The notes under the pieces: generated by a model
What the model was told of the DNA's origin: nothing
The model's input: the letters and a program-made list of their open reading frames with translations, nothing else
The model's database searches: none
Part shown: piece after piece, positions 46,850 to 57,305 of the stretch
How positions within the stretch are numbered: the first letter of the stretch is position 1
Layout of the letters: the number at the start of each line of letters is the position of its first letter
Program-made: the position numbers and the translations under genes
From: Clostridia bacterium
GTDB lineage: Bacteria > CBDUZB01 > JAGLHV01
Length of the DNA: 59,416 nucleotides
NCBI GenBank assembly: GCA_030637025.1
Contig: DAOVVV010000014.1
Span: 1-59,416, forward strand
Direction of reading: 5' to 3'

Positions 46850-48097
46850 TTGCACAAAAAAAGAAGGGTTGTTGTTACCGGCTTAGGTATTATAGCACCG
46901 AACGGCGTCGGAAAAGAAGCTTTCTGGCAGGGACTTGTTTCCGGTAAAAATTGTGTAGTAAGAATTACCCGTTTTGATGCTGCTAATTTTTATAGCCAAA
47001 TGGCCGGAGAAATACACAATTTTAATCCTGCCGGTTATATTGAAAAAGAAAAACTACCTTTTATAGATAGGTCTTTTCAATTTGCTTTAGTAGCAGCAAA
47101 ATTAGCTATTAATGATGCCAAATTAAAAATTGAAGAAGAAAACAGGGAGAAAATAGGAACTTTTGTCGGATTAGGCGTAGGCGGAGTAAATATTGCCGAA
47201 CCACAATTTAACCTTTATGCAGCTAAAGGGCCGGAAAGTATTAGCCCTTATTTATATCTTTCCTGGCTTCCCAGCGCCTGTTCAGGATATATTTCTCTGG
47301 AATTTAAATTAAAAGGACAGAGTAATGTTATTTCTACCGGATGTACTTCAGCTACTGACGCTATCGGCCTGGGATACTGGACAATAAGAGACAATTTACA
47401 GGATATTATTCTGGCAGGAGGAACAGAAGCACCGCTTACACCCGGAACTTTTAATTCATTCTGTTCCTTACGGGCTTTATCCCATCGTAACGATGCACCG
47501 GAAATAGCCAGCCGTCCATTTGATAAAGAGCGGGACGGTTTTATTCTGGCCGAGGGAGCAGGAATAATTATTTTAGAAGAACTTGAGCATGCTTTAAAAA
47601 GAAAAGTCCCTATATACGGAGAAATTGTCGGCTATGGAGCAAGTTCCACTGCTTATCATATGACTGCGCTCGATCCAAACGGAGAAGAATCAGCCCGGGC
47701 AATGAAAGAATCTCTACAAGCAGGTAAAATAAAAAAAGAGCAAATTGGATATCTTTGTGCTCACGGAAGTTCTACCCCTTTAAACGGAAAAATGGAAACG
47801 ATAGCCATAAAAAAAGTATTTGGAAAATACGCTTATAAAATTCCTATAAGTTCTATAAAATCAATGTTAGGGCACCCTCCGGGTGCCGCAGGGGTAATGC
47901 AGACAATAACCTGTTTGTTGGTAATGGAGAAAAATTTTATTCCCCCTACTATAAATTATCAATATCCTGATTCTGATTGTGATTTAGATTATGTGCCTAA
48001 TTGCGCACGTTCGGCTCAGGTAGAAGTTACATTAATCAATACCTCCGGCTTTGCCGGAAGATGTGCAGCATTAACTATAAAAAGATACCTTAATTAA
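46850..48097 (+). CDS. Beta-ketoacyl-ACP synthase (FabF / type II PKS KS-alpha-like)
   Basis: RRVVVTGLG, STGCTS, AHGSST, KSMLGH; Cys-His-His triad intact. Confidence 0.9.
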   Translation: MHKKRRVVVTGLGIIAPNGVGKEAFWQGLVSGKNCVVRITRFDAANFYSQMAGEIHNFNPAGYIEKEKLPFIDRSFQFALVAAKLAINDAKLKIEEENREKIGTFVGLGVGGVNIAEPQFNLYAAKGPESISPYLYLSWLPSACSGYISLEFKLKGQSNVISTGCTSATDAIGLGYWTIRDNLQDIILAGGTEAPLTPGTFNSFCSLRALSHRNDAPEIASRPFDKERDGFILAEGAGIIILEELEHALKRKVPIYGEIVGYGASSTAYHMTALDPNGEESARAMKESLQAGKIKKEQIGYLCAHGSSTPLNGKMETIAIKKVFGKYAYKIPISSIKSMLGHPPGAAGVMQTITCLLVMEKNFIPPTINYQYPDSDCDLDYVPNCARSAQVEVTLINTSGFAGRCAALTIKRYLN

Positions 48098-48110
48098 GGA
48101 AAACTTTATT

Positions 48111-50342
48111 ATGCGCGTTTATCTCTTTCCTATTTTAATTGCCAGTTTACTAAATTATTCTTTAGCTACTTTCATTTTAGTTAAAAACCCCCGTTGTATC
48201 ATCAACAAAGTTTTTGCTCTTTTAAATCTTTCTATCGGAATATGGAATACCGGGGTCTTTCTTATGTACACCAGTTCTTCTTATCAGGAAGCAGTTTTTT
48301 TTAATAAATTTGTTCTCACAACCGGGCTGGTTTTTCTTCATTCTTGTTTTTTTCACTTTGTTTTAGTCTTCACCGAAAACAAAAATAAAACAAATAAAAA
48401 AATTATGCAGATAGGATATCTTTTAAGTTTTCTTTCCGTAATATCAACCGGTATCGGTTTCCCTTTACTCAGTCAAAAGTTAATAAAAAATTATTGGGGA
48501 TATTATCCTAAAGCCGGTATAGGGGATTTGTTCTTTGTAATTATTTTTGCTTTTTATGTTCTTTACTCTCTTTATCTGTTACACAATGCTTGTAAAAAAT
48601 CAAACAGTTACCACTCCAATCAAATAAAATATGTTTTCTGGGGATCTTTTATCGCTATTATCGGCGGGAGCACAAATTTTCTATCTGTATTCGGCCTTTC
48701 TATTTATCCTCTGGGTTATATCTCTAATTGTATTTACTCTTTAATCATAACCTATGCTATTATCGAATTCAGATTACTGGACATCCATATCGTTTTTAAA
48801 AAAGGGCTTGTTTATTCCTGCTGGCTATTTTTTGTAGGGCTCAGTTATGTCTCAATCATTTCTTTAATTAAAGAAATGACTCATACCCATAAAATAGAGG
48901 ACCCTTATATTTTAATTCTGGCAGCTATTCTTTCTTTCCTTATGGTATTTTTTTTCCTACGAAAAATATTAGAAAATTTATTAAATAAGATCATTTTTAA
49001 GAATAAATATAATTATCAGATTATTATTAAAGATTTTACCGCATCCCTGCTTACCATTTTAGAAACGGAAGAATTAATCCCTTTAATTGTAAGCACTATT
49101 TATAAAACAATGCATCTAACCTCTTGTTCTTTAATTCTTTATGACCCGACAAAAAATTCCTACGCCTTGAAACATCTCGAAGGTTTGAAAAAAAATAATG
49201 AGTTCGGAGAAATTCAATTAAACAGCCAAAACAAGTTAGTTCAATATTTCAACAAGCATAATTTTATCTTATTACAAGATGAATTGAAAAGAAATATTTT
49301 TTACAATAAAAAAGATGAAAAATTAAAACAGCTTCACCAAAGCTTACTTTATATACAATCCAAAGTATGCATTCCTCTTTATGTAAATAATAAATTAATC
49401 GGTCTGCTAAATCTGGGAAACAAGCAATCAGGAGATTTATTTAATCGGGAAGATTTAAAATTGTTAACCACTCTGGCCAATCAATCAGCTATTGCTATTA
49501 GTAACGCCCAATCAATTGAAAAAATAAAAAAACAACAGGAACGGATCGCTAAAAATGAACAACTTGCTGTAATCGGGCAATTATCCAATGAAATGTTTCA
49601 CGAAATAAATAAATCATTAACCAGAATAAATTTAAACGAACAATTATTAAAAAAGAGTATCCATAAAGACCAAACTAAAGATTTAACAGTTATCGAAAAA
49701 GAAGTAAAAAGAGTGGCAAAAATTGTAGAAGGGTTCTCTGTCTTTTCTCAACAGAATATACCCAATAAAAACTTAATACATATCAATAAACTTATTGAAA
49801 ACTCATTAGATTTTCTTATTCTCCAAATTTCTAAAAATAAGATAAAAATTATAAAACAACTTGATTACACCCTCCCGGAAATAAAAATAAACCCCATTCA
49901 AATTGAACAGGCACTTATTAATATAATAGAAAATAGTATCCAGGCTATGTCTTCTAACAAAAAAACAATCCGGATAAAAACATCCCAAACTTGCTTTTTT
50001 CCCCAGGAATCGTTATTTTTAACTCCCACAATAAACATTGAAATTACTGATACAGGCAACGGAATCCCCAAAGAAAATATTGACAAAATTTTCAATCCGT
50101 TTTATACTACCAAAGAGGACCAATCCTGTGCAGGATTAGGTTTGGGCATTAGTTCCCGTATAATTGAGCAACATCAGGGAAACATTGAGATAGAAAGCAA
50201 ATTACATAAAGGTACAAAAGTAACTATACAACTTCCCTTAACTGACGAATTATTATATAAACAACCTTTTAATCATACTCTATATGAAAATTTGAGAAAA
50301 AAGCAAAAAGTAAACAATTTAAAAAATAATCAGGGAAAGTAA
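48111..50342 (+). CDS. Membrane sensor histidine kinase (multi-TM N-terminus, GAF, HisKA/HATPase)
   Basis: 7TM-type N-terminus; GLLNLGNKQSG..LANQSAIAISNA; FHEINK; DTGNGI; FNPFYTTK; GLGLGIS. Confidence 0.9.
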   Translation: MRVYLFPILIASLLNYSLATFILVKNPRCIINKVFALLNLSIGIWNTGVFLMYTSSSYQEAVFFNKFVLTTGLVFLHSCFFHFVLVFTENKNKTNKKIMQIGYLLSFLSVISTGIGFPLLSQKLIKNYWGYYPKAGIGDLFFVIIFAFYVLYSLYLLHNACKKSNSYHSNQIKYVFWGSFIAIIGGSTNFLSVFGLSIYPLGYISNCIYSLIITYAIIEFRLLDIHIVFKKGLVYSCWLFFVGLSYVSIISLIKEMTHTHKIEDPYILILAAILSFLMVFFFLRKILENLLNKIIFKNKYNYQIIIKDFTASLLTILETEELIPLIVSTIYKTMHLTSCSLILYDPTKNSYALKHLEGLKKNNEFGEIQLNSQNKLVQYFNKHNFILLQDELKRNIFYNKKDEKLKQLHQSLLYIQSKVCIPLYVNNKLIGLLNLGNKQSGDLFNREDLKLLTTLANQSAIAISNAQSIEKIKKQQERIAKNEQLAVIGQLSNEMFHEINKSLTRINLNEQLLKKSIHKDQTKDLTVIEKEVKRVAKIVEGFSVFSQQNIPNKNLIHINKLIENSLDFLILQISKNKIKIIKQLDYTLPEIKINPIQIEQALINIIENSIQAMSSNKKTIRIKTSQTCFFPQESLFLTPTINIEITDTGNGIPKENIDKIFNPFYTTKEDQSCAGLGLGISSRIIEQHQGNIEIESKLHKGTKVTIQLPLTDELLYKQPFNHTLYENLRKKQKVNNLKNNQGK

Positions 50343-50425
50343 GTACTCTTGGTTATAAGAAGTTATATTAAAAACAATAAAGAATAAAAGAGTTAGATAG
50401 TAGTAATAACTCTGGGAGGAAAATT

Positions 50426-51028
50426 ATGGTAAAATCAGCAATAAGAATACTTGTTATTGACGATCAAAAAGAGCTCTGCCTGTTTATTAAAGAAAAACTC
50501 TCTTCTTGCGGATGGGAAGTTATTTACTTTACCGATGAACAAAAAGCAATAGAGCAATTCAAACCCGATTATTTTACCATTGTAATTATTGATTTAAAAT
50601 TACCTACAATTAATGGATTGGAAGTTTTTAAAAAGATAAAAGAAATAGACTCTCACGTAGGAATAATTATTTTAACCGGTTATCCTTCGATAGATAGTGC
50701 TCTGGTTACACTTAAAAGCGGGGCGTTTGATTATTTAAAAAAACCTTTAGATATTGAACACTTGAAAAATTCCATCAAAAAACAACTCAGTCATATGGGT
50801 ATCATTGAAAATGTTACTTCTAAAGTAAATACCCAAATAGGAAAACTTATAAAAAAATATCGAAAAGATAAAGACTGGACTTTAGCCCAGCTTTCTCAGC
50901 ACACTAACTTATCTAAGAGTTTGATTTCCCAACTTGAACATGCCCGTAATTCAGCATCAGTAATGACTCTTTATAAAATATCCCATGCTCTGGGAATAAA
51001 AATGAAAGATTTAATCGGAGATCTTTAA
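50426..51028 (+). CDS. Response regulator, receiver plus XRE-type HTH
   Basis: ILVIDD, IDLKLP, LTGY, KKP; IGKLIKKYR..WTLAQLS..SKSLISQLE. Confidence 0.85.
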   Translation: MVKSAIRILVIDDQKELCLFIKEKLSSCGWEVIYFTDEQKAIEQFKPDYFTIVIIDLKLPTINGLEVFKKIKEIDSHVGIIILTGYPSIDSALVTLKSGAFDYLKKPLDIEHLKNSIKKQLSHMGIIENVTSKVNTQIGKLIKKYRKDKDWTLAQLSQHTNLSKSLISQLEHARNSASVMTLYKISHALGIKMKDLIGDL

Positions 51029-52912
51029 TTCAGAAACATCTAAAATCTCCGGAGAAGCGTAATTACCGTGTTCGGTTTTTATTTCTTCTAATTTTTGTTT
51101 TTGCTCTTGTAGAACTTCAAACAATACTTGGGGAGCATCTGTAACCTTAGTCTTATATATCGTAACAATTCTTTCAATTTTAGCAATGTTTTCGTCAACA
51201 CTTAAGGTAAATTGTTTTATATAATCTTCTTTAGTATAATTCCGGTCTAAAACCTCTTTAAATAACCGTTTAAGGTCTTCGTATTTAGGAATAAAACCCG
51301 TCGGAGTCTTAATTGCCTCTATTTCCTTATGTATCCGCTGTTCCATCCATTTTAGCCATACATGTTTATCTTCCTTCCCGTTCAAATAATTACCCTGGTT
51401 ATCTTTTAGAAAATAATTAACCGCAAAAATAACCGGGACTGTATTCAGCTTACTTCCAAAATCAAGGTGTTTATTTATATACTTACTCAAAGGAATAGAT
51501 AAGAAATCAAGGTTAGACATAAGATTAAATTTTCTTACCCCTTCCTGTCCTAAAGTTGCCGCAGTAGTTTCCGATTCCAGGGAAGCCCCCATCGTTAATA
51601 CTCCATGCTTCCAATCAAACGCTTCCTGCACCGGAACAGAAATATTGGAATCTCTGCCTCCATAAATAACTCCCCCTATCAACACGCCTCCAGGATCGTC
51701 GGCTTTAACATCACGATTTTTTAACCGGCTAATACTAACCGTATATCTTGCGTTTTTATGGGAAGAGGTAATTTCCTTTCCCTGGGAATCCTTTTGCCCT
51801 TTTGTCCACTCTCCTGAATAATTAATTCCTGATTCCGGAATTTTACTCCCATTGCCCAACCAGGAAGGCACCCCTTTTTCCGTCACCAGAACATTGGAAA
51901 AAATAACTTCTCCCGGAGAATTAAGCACTTCCCAGATTAAAGGATCACCCTGGGAATTAACATCCCTAATAATTCCAAAAATTCCGCTTTCTACATTTAC
52001 TGCATATGCTTTACCTTCTTTAGTCCTTAAATAAGCAATATCATCTCCAATAATAGTCTCTCCGGTCAACATTGAAGTTGAAGTTTTCCCACAAGCACTG
52101 GGAAAAGCCCCGGTAAAATAAGTCACCCGCCCTTTTGCATTATGTACACCCATAACAAACATATGTTCTGCTAACCAATCCTCCCCGGAAGCCTGATAAA
52201 TAGCCAGGCGTAAAGCAAGTTTCTTAAGCCCTACGGTATTTCCTGCATATTGAGTATTAGTACTAAAAACAATTCTATCCCCCAGGTCTATATATATGCA
52301 GCGTTTAGCAACGTCTTTACTTACTCCGGATTCTATAACCCCGGCACTATGAATGAATCTAAAAAAATTATTAAAATTTCCTTTCCTCTTAAACTCACTA
52401 TATCCACTACGATAAAGAATACCCTCGGAATGAGCAACATAACTTGAATCTGTTATTTGTACACAAGAAATGGAAAATTTAGAATTTAGAGGCCCTAAAC
52501 AAAAAAAACAAACATACATTTCTTTACCGGACATACTATCTTTCAAATATTCGTGAACCTCATCAAGACCTTTTTCTCTATCTATTCCTTTAATGCTGGG
52601 ACCTAAATCTATCCCTTTTTCCAATAAATACCTGGTCTTATCTTTATCTCTGGCCTGATCATAATATCCATCAAAATGAACCGTATGCCCATTAATAGCC
52701 AGTTTCTTTTCCTCTCCGTTTTCTATTGCTTTATTTCTGATATACAAAGCATCTTCTGCAGAATCCGTACGAACAAAAACTCTATCCGGATTACACTGTT
52801 GAATATATTTAGCAACAAAATCATACACCTTCTGATTATTTAACACTGCCAGTTTTTTATAATTTTCTTCCCCGCATTTATTTTTGATTAAGTCCATTAC
52901 TTTTTGTTCCAT
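51011..52912 (-). CDS. pckG: Phosphoenolpyruvate carboxykinase (GTP)
   Basis: YAGNTVGLKK, WLAEHM, GAFPSACGKT, GDDIA, HKNARY; likely start ATG 52912. Confidence 0.93.
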   Translation of the reverse strand: MEQKVMDLIKNKCGEENYKKLAVLNNQKVYDFVAKYIQQCNPDRVFVRTDSAEDALYIRNKAIENGEEKKLAINGHTVHFDGYYDQARDKDKTRYLLEKGIDLGPSIKGIDREKGLDEVHEYLKDSMSGKEMYVCFFCLGPLNSKFSISCVQITDSSYVAHSEGILYRSGYSEFKRKGNFNNFFRFIHSAGVIESGVSKDVAKRCIYIDLGDRIVFSTNTQYAGNTVGLKKLALRLAIYQASGEDWLAEHMFVMGVHNAKGRVTYFTGAFPSACGKTSTSMLTGETIIGDDIAYLRTKEGKAYAVNVESGIFGIIRDVNSQGDPLIWEVLNSPGEVIFSNVLVTEKGVPSWLGNGSKIPESGINYSGEWTKGQKDSQGKEITSSHKNARYTVSISRLKNRDVKADDPGGVLIGGVIYGGRDSNISVPVQEAFDWKHGVLTMGASLESETTAATLGQEGVRKFNLMSNLDFLSIPLSKYINKHLDFGSKLNTVPVIFAVNYFLKDNQGNYLNGKEDKHVWLKWMEQRIHKEIEAIKTPTGFIPKYEDLKRLFKEVLDRNYTKEDYIKQFTLSVDENIAKIERIVTIYKTKVTDAPQVLFEVLQEQKQKLEEIKTEHGNYASPEILDVSELKISD

Positions 52913-53028
52913 AATTCTTCCCCTATTTTTATATTTTAAAAATCCCCATACCCCCTTCGACTCCCTACTGTCTCTCAAGACCAATTCGACTACAGAGTTT
53001 TGTCAGCGAGTGGAAAAAACTAGAACGC

Positions 53029-53934
53029 TCATTGAATTAAATCTTTTCCCGTAATTATCCGATAAATATCCAGATACTTCCGGCTGGTTCTTTGCACTAT
53101 CTCCTCGGGTAAAGGAACGGAAAAAGTTTTCTTTTTATCCAAATTCCCGCGACTAATCAAATAATCCCGTACAAATTGTTTATCAAAACTTGACTGGGCT
53201 CTGCCGGGTTCATATTCATTCCTGGGCCAAAATCGAGAAGAATCCGGGGTCAACACCTCATCAATTAAAATAAGTTCATCTTCATATAAACCAAACTCAA
53301 ACTTAGTATCAGCAATAATTATTCCTTTACTTTCAGCGTATTGGGCTCCTTTTTTATAAAGAGCAATACTCTTTTCCTTGATTTGCTGCGTAAGGTCTAC
53401 CCCGATTAACTTTTGCACCTCTTTTTCGCTAATATTTTCATCATGTCCGATTTCTGCTTTTGTTGACGGAGTAAAAAGAACATCCGGTAATTTATCCGAT
53501 TCTTTAAGCCCGGAAGGTAAGTTTATTCCACAAACCGAAGATTTATTTTTATATTCTTTCCATGCCGAACCGGAAAGATATCCCCTCACTACACATTCTA
53601 CGGAAAGGGGTTGTGTTTTTTTAACCCACATTGCCCGGCCCCGGATTGAATCTTTGTATTTTAAAACAGACGGGGGAAATTGGGTTGCATCTATAGTAAT
53701 AAAATGATTATCGATAATATCCCGGGTAAAAGCAAACCAGAAAGCAGATAACCTGGTCAATACTTCACCTTTATAGGGTATACAGGAAGATAAAATAACA
53801 TCAAAACAGGAAATTCTATCCGTAGCTATAATTAACAACTTTTGGTCAAAATCATAAAGGTCGCGAACTTTTCCTTTTTTTAAAAATTTCAAATCGGATA
53901 ATTTAGATTCTCCTAAAACATTTTTTTCTATCAT
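53029..53934 (-). CDS. purC: SAICAR synthase
   Basis: GKVRDLY, TDRISCFD, ECVVRGYLSGS, FTPSTKA, ADTKFEFG, TPDSSRFW; start from SD GGAGG. Confidence 0.95.
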   Translation of the reverse strand: MIEKNVLGESKLSDLKFLKKGKVRDLYDFDQKLLIIATDRISCFDVILSSCIPYKGEVLTRLSAFWFAFTRDIIDNHFITIDATQFPPSVLKYKDSIRGRAMWVKKTQPLSVECVVRGYLSGSAWKEYKNKSSVCGINLPSGLKESDKLPDVLFTPSTKAEIGHDENISEKEVQKLIGVDLTQQIKEKSIALYKKGAQYAESKGIIIADTKFEFGLYEDELILIDEVLTPDSSRFWPRNEYEPGRAQSSFDKQFVRDYLISRGNLDKKKTFSVPLPEEIVQRTSRKYLDIYRIITGKDLIQ

Positions 53935-54016
53935 CACCTTATCCTCCTCTTTATATTTCAAACACTGAAAAAAAACCGGGTTTAATTTTATCTTTTATTT
54001 TTTATAAAGTCAATAT

Positions 54017-54727
54017 TTAAAAACCAATTTTTACATCTCCCCAAATGCCCATTTTATCGTTTTTAATTATGAGTATTCCACTTACTCCGTCTATTTTTCG
54101 GGCTAATTCTATCCCTTCTGAAATGTCTTCTTCTGTTTTTACCAAATTTCCAATTGCCGTTGCTGAAGCATCGGATAAAATAGCAGAAGAAGAACTCACC
54201 ACCACTGCATCTGCTCTTCCTAAACTTAAAGAATGCCCCATTGTTCCGGAAGAAGTACAAATTCCCATGGGAGTCTTTTGAGGAGAAATTTCTATAGCGA
54301 TTTTTCCTGTAAAAGATGAACTCCCGCTATAAATACCTATCCTCCTGACTTTAATTGTTTTTATAAATATATCCCCTCCGTTTTCTATAATTACTTCCGG
54401 AGAATAATTCAATAAATCCCGGCCTACAAATTCAGCTATTGCCCCGGCTACTGCGGCCATAGGCCCTACCCCTGCTTTTTTAGCTGCTTCAGCCATTTTT
54501 TCTACAATAAGCGGTGCCTTTTTTTTCAGAGAAACCGGCTTAAGGCTACTTTCAAAAAACGGATTACAGGCAATATATTTTTCTAAAATTAAACGGTACT
54601 TAGAAAGAGATTTAAATGCTTTTTTTTCTAAATTTTTTTGCGCCCTAATATATAAATCACTCTCTTTTATTACTACATTACAGGAAACTAAATCTTTATC
54701 CTCACACCAATAACGATAAGATTTCAT
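54017..54727 (-). CDS. UPF0280 / ApbE-superfamily protein
   Basis: VGPMAAVAGAIA, ENGGD, ICTSSGTMGHSLSLG. Confidence 0.85.
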   Translation of the reverse strand: MKSYRYWCEDKDLVSCNVVIKESDLYIRAQKNLEKKAFKSLSKYRLILEKYIACNPFFESSLKPVSLKKKAPLIVEKMAEAAKKAGVGPMAAVAGAIAEFVGRDLLNYSPEVIIENGGDIFIKTIKVRRIGIYSGSSSFTGKIAIEISPQKTPMGICTSSGTMGHSLSLGRADAVVVSSSSAILSDASATAIGNLVKTEEDISEGIELARKIDGVSGILIIKNDKMGIWGDVKIGF

Positions 54728-54836
54728 TACAATTATTCCTTTTGTTATAGCTGTTTTTCTAATAATCTATATTTTTTTACTGCTTCGTCATTAATAAAAT
54801 TGTTCTCTATTCTTTACTAACTATTATTTCAGTAAT

Positions 54837-54912
54837 ATTATACACAATAAGCAAATTCTTTCAAGCAAAAAGCAAATTTTTGATTGAAGGATTATTGTAA
54901 ATATGTTATATT
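54837..54912. promoter_or_regulatory. Divergent putative sigma70 promoters
   Basis: Minus: TTGAAA-16 nt-TATAAT (54864-54837); plus: TTGAAG-17 nt-TATATT with TG (54884-54912). Confidence 0.45.
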
Positions 54913-54958
54913 CAAGTGGAACTTTTAAGTTTATACTGATACTGCCGGGGAGGAACTA

Positions 54959-57100
54959 ATGGCTAAAATGATTTTTAAAAATTATAATGGAAATTACCAG
55001 TTAAGCATTCAAAATGCACAGGATTTAGAAAATATTCAAATGCTCGATGAAAGCTGCTGGGTTGCTACCAGCATTCCCATAGATAATATTAATTGTGATG
55101 TTCTCTTTGCCAAACATGTAGATAGCGACCATAACGGCCGAATACGCACTGACGAACTAAAGGAAGCTCAGAGTTGGCTTTTTCATTTTCTCAAAAACAG
55201 GGAAGACCTGGGTAATGATACCTTAAAACTAAGTAATATAGATACCTCTCATCCGGAAGGACAAAAACTACTTAGTGCCGCCGAATTAATTCTCCACAAT
55301 CTTGATTCTTCCAACACCGAAAAAATTACCCTCCATCAGGTACAAAATATACAAAAAATCATGGCTAACGGAATAAATAATGGTGACGGTATCATTCCGC
55401 CGGAAGCAATAGATGATCCCGATGCTGTACAATTTCTTAAAGTTGTCATTGAAACAATGGGCTCAGTGATGGACGCCAGCAACAAAGTCGGTATTACTCA
55501 AAATCATCTCACCGAATTTTTCCAGGAAGCCGAGGCTTATCTTACATGGAAAGCACAGGGTGAAATTGCAGAAGGGGAAAAAACAACTAAAATTATGCCC
55601 TGGGGAAAAGATACTCCCCAGGCTTACCAAATAATTACTGCTTTAGACGAAAAAATAGAAGAGTATTTTACACAATGCTCCCTGCTTGACTTTGACCCGC
55701 AAGCATCTGAAAAAATAAAAATTCGGCAGGAAGAAATAAATAAGCTTGATTCTACCAATCATATTGATATAGAATCGTGGCTTAAAAACGCTCCTTTAGC
55801 TTTACCCGGGACAGACGGTATTCTGGATCTGGAAGGGAAAATCAATCCTGCATACAAAAATTCTTTGTCTGAATTAAAAGAAAAAGTCCTCAAACCCGCT
55901 CTGGGAAAATCAACAGCCCAGCTGAATCAAAATAAATGGAACAAAGTAAAGGCAATATTTCTTCCTTATCGGGAATGGATGGAAAATAAACAAGGCCCAC
56001 GGGTAGAAGGATTAGGACGTGATAAGCTCAAAGCTTTTCTTGAGGGGCCTTACAAAGAACAATTGACCCAATTCATGATCAAAGACAAGACTGTAGCAGA
56101 AGAACTGGACCAGATACACAATGTAGAAAAACTCGTTCTTTATCAAAAATGGCTTTTGGAATTAGCTAACAATTTAGTAAGTTTTTCTCCTATATATAAC
56201 CCGGACCTTCATTCACTCTTTGAAATAGGCAAACTAATAATAGACAGCAAAGAGTTAACTTTTACCATAAGGGTACCTGATAGACAAAAACATAAAGAGA
56301 TAGCAAAAAACAGCTATATCTATCTACTTTATGTAGAAGTTAGCCGCAGACAAGACAAAGGAGATAAATTTGAAATCGCTGCAGCAGTAACCAGCGGCGA
56401 AGCAGACGGATTGCGAATAGGTAAACGGGGTATTTTTTTAAGTATCGACGGGCAGGAATGGGATGCAGAAGTAGTGGATATTATCACTAATCCCATCAGT
56501 CTCTGGGAATCAATAAAAGCACCTTTTCAACAATTATCTAATTTTATAGAAAAACAAATAGATAAATTTAATAAATCTCAGTATACTGCACTGGAAAGCG
56601 GTATAGGTAAAAGTTTTTCCAATATGGGAAAACCAAATGCCGGCGGCGGTTCATCAACAGCAATACGGGATTTATTACTGGGGGGAGGTATTGCCATTGC
56701 TGCTTTAGGTTCGGCTTTTGCTTATATTACCAAAGCTCTCTCCCAGGTGAAAATCATTCATGTTATTCTTACTATATTGGGAATAGCATCAGTAATCATT
56801 ATCCCCAGTATTATCATGGGATTCCTGCGGTTACGGCGTAGAAATATGTCCGTTGTTTTGGAAGCATCCGGCTGGGCAATAAATCCGCCTATGCGCCTGA
56901 CCCGAAAATTAGGAAGGATTTTTACTCATAAAGCATCTTTTCCTAAAGATTCCTGTAAAGAACACCGGGATATTATAAAACGATTTGCGCGAAAATTTGC
57001 CGACAGTTCTTTCAGTTTATCCAGACTAGTAATTACCCTTTCAATTGCCCTGCCTTTGCTCTGGTTAGTTATTTGGGTAATTATCCATATCCTTTATTAA
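54959..57100 (+). CDS. Large hypothetical membrane-anchored protein with EF-hand-like motifs
   Basis: SD GGAGG; DSDHNGRIRTDE, NGDGII; three C-terminal hydrophobic helices. Confidence 0.75.
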   Translation: MAKMIFKNYNGNYQLSIQNAQDLENIQMLDESCWVATSIPIDNINCDVLFAKHVDSDHNGRIRTDELKEAQSWLFHFLKNREDLGNDTLKLSNIDTSHPEGQKLLSAAELILHNLDSSNTEKITLHQVQNIQKIMANGINNGDGIIPPEAIDDPDAVQFLKVVIETMGSVMDASNKVGITQNHLTEFFQEAEAYLTWKAQGEIAEGEKTTKIMPWGKDTPQAYQIITALDEKIEEYFTQCSLLDFDPQASEKIKIRQEEINKLDSTNHIDIESWLKNAPLALPGTDGILDLEGKINPAYKNSLSELKEKVLKPALGKSTAQLNQNKWNKVKAIFLPYREWMENKQGPRVEGLGRDKLKAFLEGPYKEQLTQFMIKDKTVAEELDQIHNVEKLVLYQKWLLELANNLVSFSPIYNPDLHSLFEIGKLIIDSKELTFTIRVPDRQKHKEIAKNSYIYLLYVEVSRRQDKGDKFEIAAAVTSGEADGLRIGKRGIFLSIDGQEWDAEVVDIITNPISLWESIKAPFQQLSNFIEKQIDKFNKSQYTALESGIGKSFSNMGKPNAGGGSSTAIRDLLLGGGIAIAALGSAFAYITKALSQVKIIHVILTILGIASVIIIPSIIMGFLRLRRRNMSVVLEASGWAINPPMRLTRKLGRIFTHKASFPKDSCKEHRDIIKRFARKFADSSFSLSRLVITLSIALPLLWLVIWVIIHILY

Positions 57101-57293
57101 CCCCTATTATTATACTAGAACTATGACTCTTAAATTGTTGACCGTGTTCAAGAATAAACCACATAAAGCTTGCCACAAACAAAATAACTACAATAAAAAT
57201 AGTTAAAATTCTATTAATTCCTAAATAAATATTTAAGAAGTAATATAAAGCTAACATACCAAAAAAACTTAAAAATAAATTCATTATCCCCAC
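57081..57293 (-). CDS. Possible small two-TM protein
   Basis: Two hydrophobic stretches only; overlaps the convergent gene by 20 nt. Confidence 0.3.
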   Translation of the reverse strand: MGIMNLFLSFFGMLALYYFLNIYLGINRILTIFIVVILFVASFMWFILEHGQQFKSHSSSIIIGVNKGYG

Positions 57294-57305
57294 TTTTTAA
57301 AAAAA

